Source: Pyrinomonadaceae bacterium (GTDB lineage Bacteria; Acidobacteriota; Blastocatellia; Pyrinomonadales; Pyrinomonadaceae). From it: a stretch of 60,496 nucleotides of DNA. Every line of letters begins with the position of its first letter. Positions within the stretch are counted from its first letter, which is position 1. The position numbers and the translations under genes were made by a program. The notes below the pieces were generated by a model. It was not told the origin of the DNA, did not search any database, and worked only from the letters and a program-made list of their open reading frames with translations. Location of the stretch: contig DASYKW010000043.1 in NCBI GenBank assembly GCA_035995005.1, forward strand, positions 1-60,496. Direction: 5' to 3'. This document shows positions 17,324-26,125 of the stretch, piece by piece.

Positions 17324-17902
17324 ATGCACCAAAATCCGACGATCACGCCCGAGAGCTTTAGCCAGCTTCTAAGGTGGCTCGGTCTCAACGCGGAGTCGGG
17401 TGGCGTTGAATATGAAATGATCCGCAAGCGCTTGATCCGGTTCTTTGCGTTCCGTGGGTGCTACGAAGCGGACCGCTTGGCCGATGTCGCGATCGACCGT
17501 GTCTTGGCAAGAATTGCGACTCTGGAAGACACCTATGTCGGTGATCCGGTTTGGTACTTTCTTGGCGTTGCCACAAAGGTGCATCTCGAATGGACGCGTC
17601 AACAAAACCGGACCGTTGATCTGGAAGAGATCTCACAGGCACCGGTCCTGGACCAATCGGAGGACGAGCCTGAATTCCGCTGTCTGGACGCGTGTCTCGA
17701 TTCGCTGCCAAGCGAAACTCGCGACCTGATCCTCAGTTACTACACCTCAGAGAATAAAGACCACATAACATCGCGCAAGCACCTGGCTAAGGAGCTGGGA
17801 ATCTCAATAAGTGCTCTGCATATCCGCGCCAGCCGCATCCGCAGCAGACTTGCCGAATGCGTCGCAAAGTGTTTAGAGGAACGTGGCGGAAAGGTTTCTT
17901 AG
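17324..17902 (+). CDS. ECF-like sigma-70 family factor
   Basis: Region-2-like YEMIRKRLIRFFAFRGCYEADRLADVAIDRVLARI..WYFLGVATKVHLEW and region-4 HTH LPSETRDLILSYY..RKHLAKELGISISALHIRASRIRSRL. It ends 18 nt before the CHAT gene. Confidence 0.8.
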   Translation: MHQNPTITPESFSQLLRWLGLNAESGGVEYEMIRKRLIRFFAFRGCYEADRLADVAIDRVLARIATLEDTYVGDPVWYFLGVATKVHLEWTRQQNRTVDLEEISQAPVLDQSEDEPEFRCLDACLDSLPSETRDLILSYYTSENKDHITSRKHLAKELGISISALHIRASRIRSRLAECVAKCLEERGGKVS

Positions 17903-17920
17903 ATTTTAGACATTAAGTAT

Positions 17921-20900
17921 ATGGGGCCTATCGATCCTAATCAGCCAGAATTCAGCGTCGAGCCTGGGACGCTCAGAAGGTATCTTTTAGGAACATTGGA
18001 GGCCGGGCCTCTCTTGGATAGGTTTGAGATCGACTTGATCAAGAGCGAGGAACTCGGCGACCTTCTGAGCGTAGCTGAGGGCGAATTGATCGAGGAGTAT
18101 CTCGATGGTCGTCTAAGCGTGGACGATCTCGTCCGTTTCGAGAGAACGTTCCTGTCTACGTCCGAACGCCGGCTGGAGGTCAGACTTGTTTCAAAGCTGC
18201 GCCAAACCGCACGGAACAATGCCTCTGACAATCGAGCCATATCGCGATCTGCTCCCCGACCCTTTACAGGTTATTTCTCCTCAGTTCGACTCGCGATCAT
18301 TGCCCTAATTTGTGTCGGCGTCGCCTTTGGCGTTTGGTGGATGCGATCGAGTCTAGGAATGGCCGACGCTGGCATTGTAGAGTTGGCACAAGCATACCGA
18401 GGACAACGGCCGACGCGATCGCGCGTGAGCGCTTTTCCTGAATATGCGCCGTTCACCGAGGTTCGAGGTAGTGCGGTCACGACGCCCACTGACCCGATAG
18501 CCCGCGACCGAGCAGAACGATACCTTTTTGATGCGGTAACGGAGACAGGAGATATAAAGGCTCACCGCGGCCTCGCCTCGTTGTACTTGGTCGATAAGAA
18601 ATACGAGAAGGCCCTAATTGAGCTCGAGAGTGCGCACGATCTAAACCCAAATGACGACACAGTCGAAAGCGATCTCGGGGCCCTTTATCTTGAGATGGCT
18701 TTACAGGCCGGGGCAAAGAATGATGCGGCAGGGTCCATGGTGTCGATCGAAAAGAGCCTTGAGCATTTAGACCATGCCCTCGAATTGGATCCGCGTCTTC
18801 CTGCCGCCCTTTTTAACAGGGCACTATGTTTGCAACTTGCGCTTAACACCGATCAGGCGAGACAGGCTTGGCGAGCCTATTTGGCCGTCGATCCGGAAAC
18901 ACAATGGGCAGTCGAAGCCCGATATAACCTGCAGCAGCTCGAGTCAAAAGCCTATAGTGACCGATCGGCCAAGGACGTTGAGGAGGAGTTCCTGAATGCA
19001 ATGAAGTCGGGCGACGAGTCTCAGGCAAGGGATCTCCTGGTCAATAATCGCGAGCTAATACGGGAAAAGTATCTCCCTCAGCGTCTCGCCATGTCTTTCG
19101 TGCAGGACCGCGATCGCCGACCCGAGTTGACGGAAGCTCTTCACTACGCGGGTCGTCTTGAAAAAGGCGCGACCGGTGATGAATTTGCAGAGGGTATTGC
19201 CGGCTTTTACACGAGTGCCTCCACGACCCAGCTCGCCACGATCGAGAAAGCTCATGCCGATATTCGGGCAGGTTACGAGTTGTGTCTGTCCTCACATTAC
19301 GAGCCTGCTCGTGTGCTCTTTGAGCAAGGTCGACAATCGTTCGTTAGCGTCAACGATGAATGGGAAGCAGCCCTTGCCGGTTATTTCATCGGCTACACGC
19401 TCGCGAATACGGGTCAGGTGGACCGGACTTTGAGCGAATTAGAGAGCGTGGCGGCCTACGCGCGAAAACACAAATATCTTTGGCTCGATGCGACCGCGAC
19501 ATATTGGATAGCCGGAGCCCATCTACAACGCGGAGAACATACAAATGCGTCGGAATCGTTTAAGCGAGCCCTTTCTTTAGCCGAGGGGATAAAGGACTCA
19601 TATGCCATACAACGAAATCTGCTAGAGCTCGCAAAACTTAGCTCCGAAGCCGGGCAACGGGACGATTGTCTTGCCTACATCTCCCGGATCCTGCAGGAGT
19701 CCGCGAGCCACGGCAGTAGTCTTCGTCAGCAATACCGGAATCATTCGCTCGTTTTTGAAATGCTTTCTCAAATGGAGATGCCTCATCTCGCGAGAGCGGT
19801 CGCCGTTGAGTGCGTGACGCTCGCCGACGCCGCCGACGACAAGGCATGGATGAGTGAATCGCGGAGTCAAGCTGGAGCCGCCTTCACCCGGACCGGCGCA
19901 TTTCAGAATGCACAACAGTGGATCGACGAGGCAACGCAAAGTGTGCTGGCCGTCGATGACGCCGATACGCGTCGGCGGCTGCAGGCATTTGCGTCGCTAA
20001 GACGCGGCGATCTTCGGTTCGCCACTCGGGACTTTGACGGCTCGCAACAGGCGTATGCCGACGCTATCGAATATTACGACGCGTCAGGATTGCCATCTTT
20101 CCGACAACAAGGACATATGGGTCTGCTGAAATCGCTGGTCGCGCTCGATCGCGCCGATGAATTGCAGACGCAGATCCCGGCAAGCATCCAAATCATCGAG
20201 CAGGGCAGAAAGCAGATACTCGACGAGCGCGAGCGCTCGGGCTTTCTTGATGAGCACGAGAACGTCTATGACATTGCCACCGGATTCGAGTTCGATCGTG
20301 CGAATTACGAAAAGGCATTCGAATATGCTGAGTCGTCGAGTTCCCGAGCGTTGCTTGACTGGCTCGAGAAGGGCAACTCGTACAACGAATCGACCAGTCG
20401 AGCTGAGTTTCTAACCAGCGACACGGCCACGCCGCTGTCGCTCGGCGAGATAAGGGCACGGATACCGTCGAATGTCCAGGTTGTTAAATATGCGGAGCTC
20501 GACGACAAGCTTTTGATCTGGGTTATCTCGGGCGAACAGTTTGCAACGGTCAGCATTGCTATTCCTGAGGCGGAGCTCGAAAAGAAGATCGACGCTTACT
20601 CAAAGCTGATTACCTCAAATACTGCGGTCTCCGCTGACGAAAGAGATAAGCTCGGCAGAGAACTCTACAGCCTTGTCTTGGCGCCGATCGAAAAAGTTTT
20701 GGTGGCGGACAAACGCATATGCCTTGTACCCAGCAAGGGCCTTTTTCGCTTGCCGTTCGCCGCAATTCCATTGCCGGATGGAACCACGGTCATTTCAAGG
20801 TTCACGATCCTTTACTCGCCCAGCTTGAGTGTATTCCTGCATTGCACGAAGACAGCGGAGGAAAAAGGAGCTCAAAAGGGTGAAAGCCTCCTGGCAGTCG

Positions 20901-21514
20901 GCAACCCGGCGTTTGACCGCGTGAAATTCGCGGATCTGGCCTATTTGCCAAATACCGAGGAGGAAGTGAAGAACATTTCCAAGCAGTATGACAATGCCCG
21001 AATACTCCTCGGGGCCAATGCAACTAAACGACAATTCCTGTCGAGCGTAAAGAACGCTGATGTCGTTCATTTTGCGGGACATTACGTGATGGTGCCGGGA
21101 GCCCCGACCTCTTCATACCTGCTCCTGGCGAAGAATGGCGACATGCCGGGTTCTGACGCGCTTACGAACAATGAATTGGGAAAATACCGGCTGGACAACA
21201 CCAAGCTCATTGTTCTTGCGGCTTGCCGTTCTGGCATCGAGGGTTCGTCGGTTGGGGAAGGATTAGTAGGCCTCTCCCGCACATTTATAGCAGCCGGTGT
21301 TCCGGTTGTGCTGGGGGCTGCGTGGGATGTCGAAAGCCACGCGACCGCGCTGCTAATGAAAGAGTTTCATTCGAATCGACGCAACTACCACATGGCTACC
21401 GCCGAGGCATTGCAGAACGCTCAGCTTGCGGTCGCAAACGATCCAAGTGGAATGTTCAAGGATCCGTATTACTGGGCCGGGTTCATCACGATAGGCGGCT
21501 CAACCAGTTTCTAA
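17921..21514 (+). CDS. membrane-anchored anti-sigma-like / TPR / CHAT (caspase-like peptidase) fusion protein
   Basis: 1197 aa. Helical N-domain LRRYLLGTLEAGPLLDRFE.. with no His/Cys zinc motif, one TM at aa ~122-141 (VRLAIIALICVGVAFGVWWM), about 700 aa of TPR-like repeats. The C-terminal CHAT-like region has HFAGH (nt 21068-21082) and LAACRSG (Cys codon 21224-21226). Confidence 0.85.
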   Translation: MGPIDPNQPEFSVEPGTLRRYLLGTLEAGPLLDRFEIDLIKSEELGDLLSVAEGELIEEYLDGRLSVDDLVRFERTFLSTSERRLEVRLVSKLRQTARNNASDNRAISRSAPRPFTGYFSSVRLAIIALICVGVAFGVWWMRSSLGMADAGIVELAQAYRGQRPTRSRVSAFPEYAPFTEVRGSAVTTPTDPIARDRAERYLFDAVTETGDIKAHRGLASLYLVDKKYEKALIELESAHDLNPNDDTVESDLGALYLEMALQAGAKNDAAGSMVSIEKSLEHLDHALELDPRLPAALFNRALCLQLALNTDQARQAWRAYLAVDPETQWAVEARYNLQQLESKAYSDRSAKDVEEEFLNAMKSGDESQARDLLVNNRELIREKYLPQRLAMSFVQDRDRRPELTEALHYAGRLEKGATGDEFAEGIAGFYTSASTTQLATIEKAHADIRAGYELCLSSHYEPARVLFEQGRQSFVSVNDEWEAALAGYFIGYTLANTGQVDRTLSELESVAAYARKHKYLWLDATATYWIAGAHLQRGEHTNASESFKRALSLAEGIKDSYAIQRNLLELAKLSSEAGQRDDCLAYISRILQESASHGSSLRQQYRNHSLVFEMLSQMEMPHLARAVAVECVTLADAADDKAWMSESRSQAGAAFTRTGAFQNAQQWIDEATQSVLAVDDADTRRRLQAFASLRRGDLRFATRDFDGSQQAYADAIEYYDASGLPSFRQQGHMGLLKSLVALDRADELQTQIPASIQIIEQGRKQILDERERSGFLDEHENVYDIATGFEFDRANYEKAFEYAESSSSRALLDWLEKGNSYNESTSRAEFLTSDTATPLSLGEIRARIPSNVQVVKYAELDDKLLIWVISGEQFATVSIAIPEAELEKKIDAYSKLITSNTAVSADERDKLGRELYSLVLAPIEKVLVADKRICLVPSKGLFRLPFAAIPLPDGTTVISRFTILYSPSLSVFLHCTKTAEEKGAQKGESLLAVGNPAFDRVKFADLAYLPNTEEEVKNISKQYDNARILLGANATKRQFLSSVKNADVVHFAGHYVMVPGAPTSSYLLLAKNGDMPGSDALTNNELGKYRLDNTKLIVLAACRSGIEGSSVGEGLVGLSRTFIAAGVPVVLGAAWDVESHATALLMKEFHSNRRNYHMATAEALQNAQLAVANDPSGMFKDPYYWAGFITIGGSTSF

Positions 21515-21535
21515 GACCGCAGGAGGAATGATCCA

Positions 21536-22237
21536 ATGACAATGAAGGTAGAAGTCGATCTCAGAGGTCTTGCGTTTTGCTTTGCCAAAGATATGGCCTG
21601 GAATGTCTACATGGTTTGCGATCCAGATCATCCGGCTAACTATTCCGCCAACGGATCGGCACAGGTCCCACTTCATCAGAATGGCATTGACCGGGAATTG
21701 ATCTTCGAAAGCGAGGGCATGGTGTTCGACGTTCCAAAGCATGGATCCGGGTATGAGCAGATCTTTAACATGGCCGCTGATTATGCTCATGGCCCGAACG
21801 CACTCAAGTTTTTTAGAACAGGAGCAACGGATCTGGTCTCAGCCAGAGTGCCATCGGCGATCGTCAGCGCGAACGAGTTTACTGCCCGAAGTTACTACGT
21901 TCAGGACATAACCACGTATGTCGGAGCTCCACCTAAGATCATACCGCCGGTGGCGATGCGGATAAAAGCCACATTCGAGGTCTCGCACGATCTCAAGGTT
22001 TCGATCAGCGATGCATCGGGGACAAGGCCGTTAGATACGTTCCCTTATCGCGACGGGACGACGATCAAGATCCAGTTGGATAATGATTGCCGTGTGGAGC
22101 AGCAACGAAACGATTTTCTCGATATCTATGAGTTCGTACAGGATCGTCGAGGAGTAAGATTCGCGACCGGTCAGGTGAGGAACTCACCTTCGACCGGAGA
22201 CTGTGACCCGGTAGATATCGATCCTCCGCCCGTATGA
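21536..22237 (+). CDS. hypothetical protein (233 aa, no recognisable motif)
   Basis: AGGAGG at 21521-21526 sits 9 nt before the ATG and 21 nt after the CHAT stop. No signal peptide or TM. Pro-rich C-terminal tail DPVDIDPPPV. Confidence 0.7.
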   Translation: MTMKVEVDLRGLAFCFAKDMAWNVYMVCDPDHPANYSANGSAQVPLHQNGIDRELIFESEGMVFDVPKHGSGYEQIFNMAADYAHGPNALKFFRTGATDLVSARVPSAIVSANEFTARSYYVQDITTYVGAPPKIIPPVAMRIKATFEVSHDLKVSISDASGTRPLDTFPYRDGTTIKIQLDNDCRVEQQRNDFLDIYEFVQDRRGVRFATGQVRNSPSTGDCDPVDIDPPPV

Positions 22238-22420
22238 TCGATCTGCTGACGCTCGTTTCTTTGTACGCAAGCTTCTTTGCAACTCCAAAACTCAATGGAA
22301 AATTAAGGCAGGTTGACTGCTCCTGCGTTTTCCATTACGTTGCTTAAGTCGCCTTACCAGCCTCCCGGCTAGTGAGCGACAAAAGGCGACGGGTGTTTGT
22401 GGGAACGCACGTCTGCCCTT

Positions 22421-22454
22421 GGAGTCGCCCTTTCGGGGGCGACTCTTTGCGTTT
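22421..22454 (+). terminator. intrinsic terminator-like hairpin
   Basis: GAGTCGCCC-TTTCGG-GGGCGACTC (9 bp) followed by TTTGCGTTT. It lies about 185 nt after the stop of the 233-aa gene. Confidence 0.6.
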
Positions 22455-22604
22455 ACGATCCTACGCGCGATCGGCGAGCGGTTTGTAAACACTGATATCA
22501 GCTCGGATCGGATTTTCTCAGGACCCAAGCGGCCATCTGCTGCTTTTTTCATTTCTAAAATCGAGGGTCGAATAGCCGTTTATTCAGGCATCACGACGAC
22601 GGGG

Positions 22605-22643
22605 GAAAACAGGCGGTTAAGGCCTCTGTTTTCTGTTGCTTTT
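22605..22643 (+). terminator. second terminator/attenuator-like hairpin upstream of lon
   Basis: GAAAACAG(GC)-loop-(GC)CTCTGTTTTC followed by TGTTGCTTTTG. It lies about 90 nt before the lon ATG. Confidence 0.4.
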
Positions 22644-22732
22644 GCAAGGCGTTTTTGCGTAAATAGGATTATTCGTACCCGACAACCTCATGTCAGGAAC
22701 CCGCCCGGGGGTTTTGCCGTTTTACAAGCTAT

Positions 22733-25159
22733 ATGCAGGAATTTACAGACCAGATGCCCTCGGACATCGAGCGTTTTCCGATGGTGCCCATCCGGGACGT
22801 CGTCATATTTCCGTTTACCAAGGTCGCATTCAAGATCGGCCGGCCGTCGTCGGTCCGGGCTCTTGAGCAGGCGATGTCTGGCGAGAGGCAGATATTCCTT
22901 GCAACTCAACACGACGCGACCGTCGACGAGCCAACGCCCGATCAGGTCTATCGGATCGGCACGCTGGGACGCATCCTGCAGGCGCAGCGGCTGGAGAACG
23001 GCCAGATAAAGGTCGTCGTCGAGGGCAGGGAGCGCGGACGTTCGCTTCGTATCGAGCAGGAATCGGACGGGATGTTTTACGCTCACGTCCGTCGCGTGGC
23101 GTCGACCGATGAATCCGGTTATCGCACGGATGGCCTGCTGCAAAAGATCCACTCGCTCGTCGAGCAGTTTCTCAAGGTCTCGCCAGATGCATACGCAGAC
23201 GCTCTGCACGCGAGTCTTCGCGGTGTATCGAGCGCGCAGATCGCGGACTCAATGTCGTCTCATTTGCGGATTAGCGTCGAAGACAAGCAGGCCTTACTCG
23301 AAACGATCTCCGTTCAGGAACGCCTGCAAAAGCTGGCCGACGCCCTCACGGCGGAGATCGAGAAGCGACAGCTCGACCGCAATATTCACTCGCGCACCAA
23401 AAAGCAGATGGACAAACATCAGCGCGAGTACTACCTGAACGAGCAGATCAAGGCCATTCATAAGGAACTTGGCCGCAAGGACGAGAAGGCCGAGCTGGAC
23501 GACCTCAAGAAAAAGATCGCCGACGCGGGCATGACCGAGGAGGCCAGCGACAAAGCGATGCAGGAATTCTCGCGGCTCGAGGCAATGCCGCCGATGTCGG
23601 CCGAGGGCACCGTCGCCCGCAGCTATATCGACTGGCTGGTCAACGTGCCGTGGCAGGCACGCTCCGAGGAGATCGAGGATCTTGGCGCAGCCGAGAAAAC
23701 GCTTAACGAGGACCACTACGGACTCGAAAAGATCAAGGAACGCATCCTCGAGTTTCTCGCGGTCCGGCAGCTTGTAAAGAACCCAAAAGGCACGATCCTG
23801 TGCTTTGCAGGCCCTCCGGGAGTTGGTAAAACGTCTCTCGGGAAATCGATCGCCAACGCCACCGGGCGCAAATTCGTTCGGCTCGCGCTCGGCGGCGTCC
23901 ATGACGAGGCCGAGATCCGCGGCCACCGACGCACGTACATAGGCTCAATGCCGGGACAGATCATTCAGCTGATGAAGCGGGCGGGGACGACAAATCCCGT
24001 GATCCTGCTCGATGAGGTCGATAAGCTTGGGCGTGACTTCCGTGGCGATCCGTCGGCGGCCTTATTGGAAGTACTCGATCCCGAGCAGAACCACACCTTC
24101 CGCGATCACTATCTCGATGTCGATTACGACCTCTCACATGTTTTCTTTATCGCGACGGCGAACGTGCTTCACACCATCCCGCCCGCGTTACAGGACCGTC
24201 TCGAGATCCTCAGTCTCGGTGGCTACACTGAGCGTGAAAAGGTTGAGATCGCCAAGCGGCACCTGATCGTCAAGCAATGCGAGAGCAATGGCATTGCCGG
24301 CGAGACCGTTGCTTTTACCGACGACGGCATCCTGGAGATAATTCGCCACTACACGCGTGAGGCGGGAGTCCGCAATCTCGAACGCGAGATCGGGTCGTGT
24401 CTGCGCAAGATCGCAAGAAAATTTGTCGGCACCGAGGACAAGACGGATTTCAAGATCGTGATCGATGCCGAGAAAGTGCAGGAACTGCTTGGGATCATAC
24501 GCTTTCGCAAGCAGGACATCGCTCGCAAAAGCGAGATCGGTCTCGTCAATGGCCTAGCATGGACCGAGGTCGGCGGCGACGTGCTTCAGATCGAGGCAAC
24601 GCTCGTAAAAGGCAAGGGCGAGGTCACGCTAACCGGCAAGCTCGGCGAGGTCATGCAGGAATCGGCGAAGGCTGCTCTTACATGCGTTCGTTCGCGCGCC
24701 GAAGAACTTGGCATCGATCCGGCCGACTTTAAGGAAAAAGACCTGCATATCCACGTGCCCGAGGGAGCGATCCCGAAAGACGGACCTTCAGCCGGCATTA
24801 CGATGGCGACGGCGATGGTCTCGGCTTTGACGAAAAAAGCTGCTCGGCACGACGTCGCTATGACAGGCGAGATCACGCTTCGCGGCAAGGTGCTGCCCAT
24901 CGGCGGCGTTAAGGAAAAGCTGCTGGCGGCGCACCGCTTCGGGCTAAAGACGATCATTCTCTCTAAGGAGAACGAGAAAGACCTGGTGGACATTCCCGAT
25001 GAGGTGCGCGACGAGCTGACGATCCATGTCGTGGATATGATCGATGAGGTGCTGAGATACGCGATGGAGCCCGACGCCGTGCTTGAACCGCTGGCGCCGC
25101 CGCAAGTTTGGAACCCCGATGCGGGCCCGACCGGTGACCAGCCGACTGTGATCGAATAG
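22733..25159 (+). CDS. lon: ATP-dependent Lon protease (LonA)
   Basis: Lon N-domain ([13 protein letters not shown]), Walker [10 protein letters not shown], Walker B ILLDEVDK, proteolytic [14 protein letters not shown] catalytic-Ser motif. Confidence 0.97.
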   Translation: MQEFTDQMPSDIERFPMVPIRDVVIFPFTKVAFKIGRPSSVRALEQAMSGERQIFLATQHDATVDEPTPDQVYRIGTLGRILQAQRLENGQIKVVVEGRERGRSLRIEQESDGMFYAHVRRVASTDESGYRTDGLLQKIHSLVEQFLKVSPDAYADALHASLRGVSSAQIADSMSSHLRISVEDKQALLETISVQERLQKLADALTAEIEKRQLDRNIHSRTKKQMDKHQREYYLNEQIKAIHKELGRKDEKAELDDLKKKIADAGMTEEASDKAMQEFSRLEAMPPMSAEGTVARSYIDWLVNVPWQARSEEIEDLGAAEKTLNEDHYGLEKIKERILEFLAVRQLVKNPKGTILCFAGPPGVGKTSLGKSIANATGRKFVRLALGGVHDEAEIRGHRRTYIGSMPGQIIQLMKRAGTTNPVILLDEVDKLGRDFRGDPSAALLEVLDPEQNHTFRDHYLDVDYDLSHVFFIATANVLHTIPPALQDRLEILSLGGYTEREKVEIAKRHLIVKQCESNGIAGETVAFTDDGILEIIRHYTREAGVRNLEREIGSCLRKIARKFVGTEDKTDFKIVIDAEKVQELLGIIRFRKQDIARKSEIGLVNGLAWTEVGGDVLQIEATLVKGKGEVTLTGKLGEVMQESAKAALTCVRSRAEELGIDPADFKEKDLHIHVPEGAIPKDGPSAGITMATAMVSALTKKAARHDVAMTGEITLRGKVLPIGGVKEKLLAAHRFGLKTIILSKENEKDLVDIPDEVRDELTIHVVDMIDEVLRYAMEPDAVLEPLAPPQVWNPDAGPTGDQPTVIE

Positions 25160-25165
25160 AGACCA

Positions 25166-25612
25166 ATGAGCCGAGAAAGCGAATCAGCCGACCTGATAAT
25201 GAAGCTTTACGAGCTTCGACGCGAGGAGAAGATGCGTGATGCCCGCCGCTGGGTGATAACGTTTTTTCCAGAGTCGTTCGACGATGTGATGCAGACAGTC
25301 GTTGATGAAAAGACGAGCGCGAATTTTCGCATGCTCACGACATACTGGGACATGGCCGCGAGCTTTGTGAACCGCGGCGCGATCGACGAGGCGATGTTCC
25401 TCGATTCGGCGGGCGAGTCGTGGGTCGTGTTTGCCAAGGTCCAGCCTTACCTCAACGAGTACCGCGAGGCGATCAAAAATCCCGGCTTTATGAAGCAGCT
25501 TGAGGACTTGCTGATGCGGCAGCCTAACGCGCAGGAAATGCTCGATATTCGTCGTGAGTCGATGAAACGCTGGATGGCGGCACGCGCGGAACTGCAGGCG
25601 AAATCGGCCTAG
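25166..25612 (+). CDS. hypothetical protein (148 aa)
   Basis: Well-formed helical ORF starting 6 nt after the lon stop. No motif recognised. Confidence 0.7.
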   Translation: MSRESESADLIMKLYELRREEKMRDARRWVITFFPESFDDVMQTVVDEKTSANFRMLTTYWDMAASFVNRGAIDEAMFLDSAGESWVVFAKVQPYLNEYREAIKNPGFMKQLEDLLMRQPNAQEMLDIRRESMKRWMAARAELQAKSA

Positions 25613-26061
25613 AAACAGCGGTGCAGCCGGCCTGAGAGCCCCTGAGTGAGCGTGAAGGTCGATATTAGGTCGCCGGTTTTTCTATCGGTCAGCGTCAGGG
25701 TCATCTTCTTTCCCGAAACCTTTCCTTTAAATATCACCGCCCGAGCGGATGGCTGCCGGTCTATGCGGATCGGTCCGGGGCCGTTTGGCGTGAAAGTCCC
25801 GACGGCTTCGAACGTGCCATTCCCCTTTACTCTTAGCTGCCGATTTATCTGGCCCGTTGCACAATCGAAGTCAACGCTAACGGCGTCGCTATCGACCGTC
25901 ATAGCGATCCCGGTACCGCCCCAGGCTCCACGTGAGATCGCCTTCGTTCGCTGAGCAGCGGCTGTGCCGGTAACGGCGGCAATGGCGAACATTGCGGCCA
26001 CAAGAATAGTCAGGCGGACTAATAGTGGCTTTGCTCCGGACCGTGGTAGTATTTCTGTCAT
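25609..26061 (-). CDS. small secreted hypothetical protein
   Basis: ORF 25609..26331 trimmed to ATG 26061 (MTEILPRSGAKPLLVRLTILVAAMFAIAAVTGTAAAQ, a signal peptide). The longer form would overlap the divergent gene at 26126. Confidence 0.6.
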   Translation of the reverse strand: MTEILPRSGAKPLLVRLTILVAAMFAIAAVTGTAAAQRTKAISRGAWGGTGIAMTVDSDAVSVDFDCATGQINRQLRVKGNGTFEAVGTFTPNGPGPIRIDRQPSARAVIFKGKVSGKKMTLTLTDRKTGDLISTFTLTQGLSGRLHRCF

Positions 26062-26125
26062 AAATGTTCTCGGGATAGCACCCTCCACGCTAGCAGTCCT
26101 GCGAAGTTTTCCAAAGGAGTAAACA

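Noticed and set aside
21536-22237. The idea that the 233-aa protein is a bacterial gasdermin activated by the neighbouring CHAT protease
   Set aside because: The size and neighbourhood fit. However, I see no N-terminal Cys or any recognisable gasdermin feature. The gene order differs from what I recall as typical, and the protease domain is predicted to be extracytoplasmic. Without a structure or HMM search this cannot be supported.
17127-22372. Shared 9-mer CCCGGCTAG at 17127-17135 and 22364-22372 flanking the sigma/CHAT module, considered as a target-site duplication or att repeat
   Set aside because: A 9-nt match between a ~270-nt and a ~500-nt region is expected by chance about half the time. 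There are no adjacent mobility genes.
22292-23009. Track ORFs 22292..22552 (minus strand) and 22419..23009 (plus strand) in the spacer upstream of lon
   Set aside because: They are Arg/Ser/Pro-rich low-complexity products that run through hairpin terminators, and the plus-strand one runs into the lon start. They are not credible CDSs.
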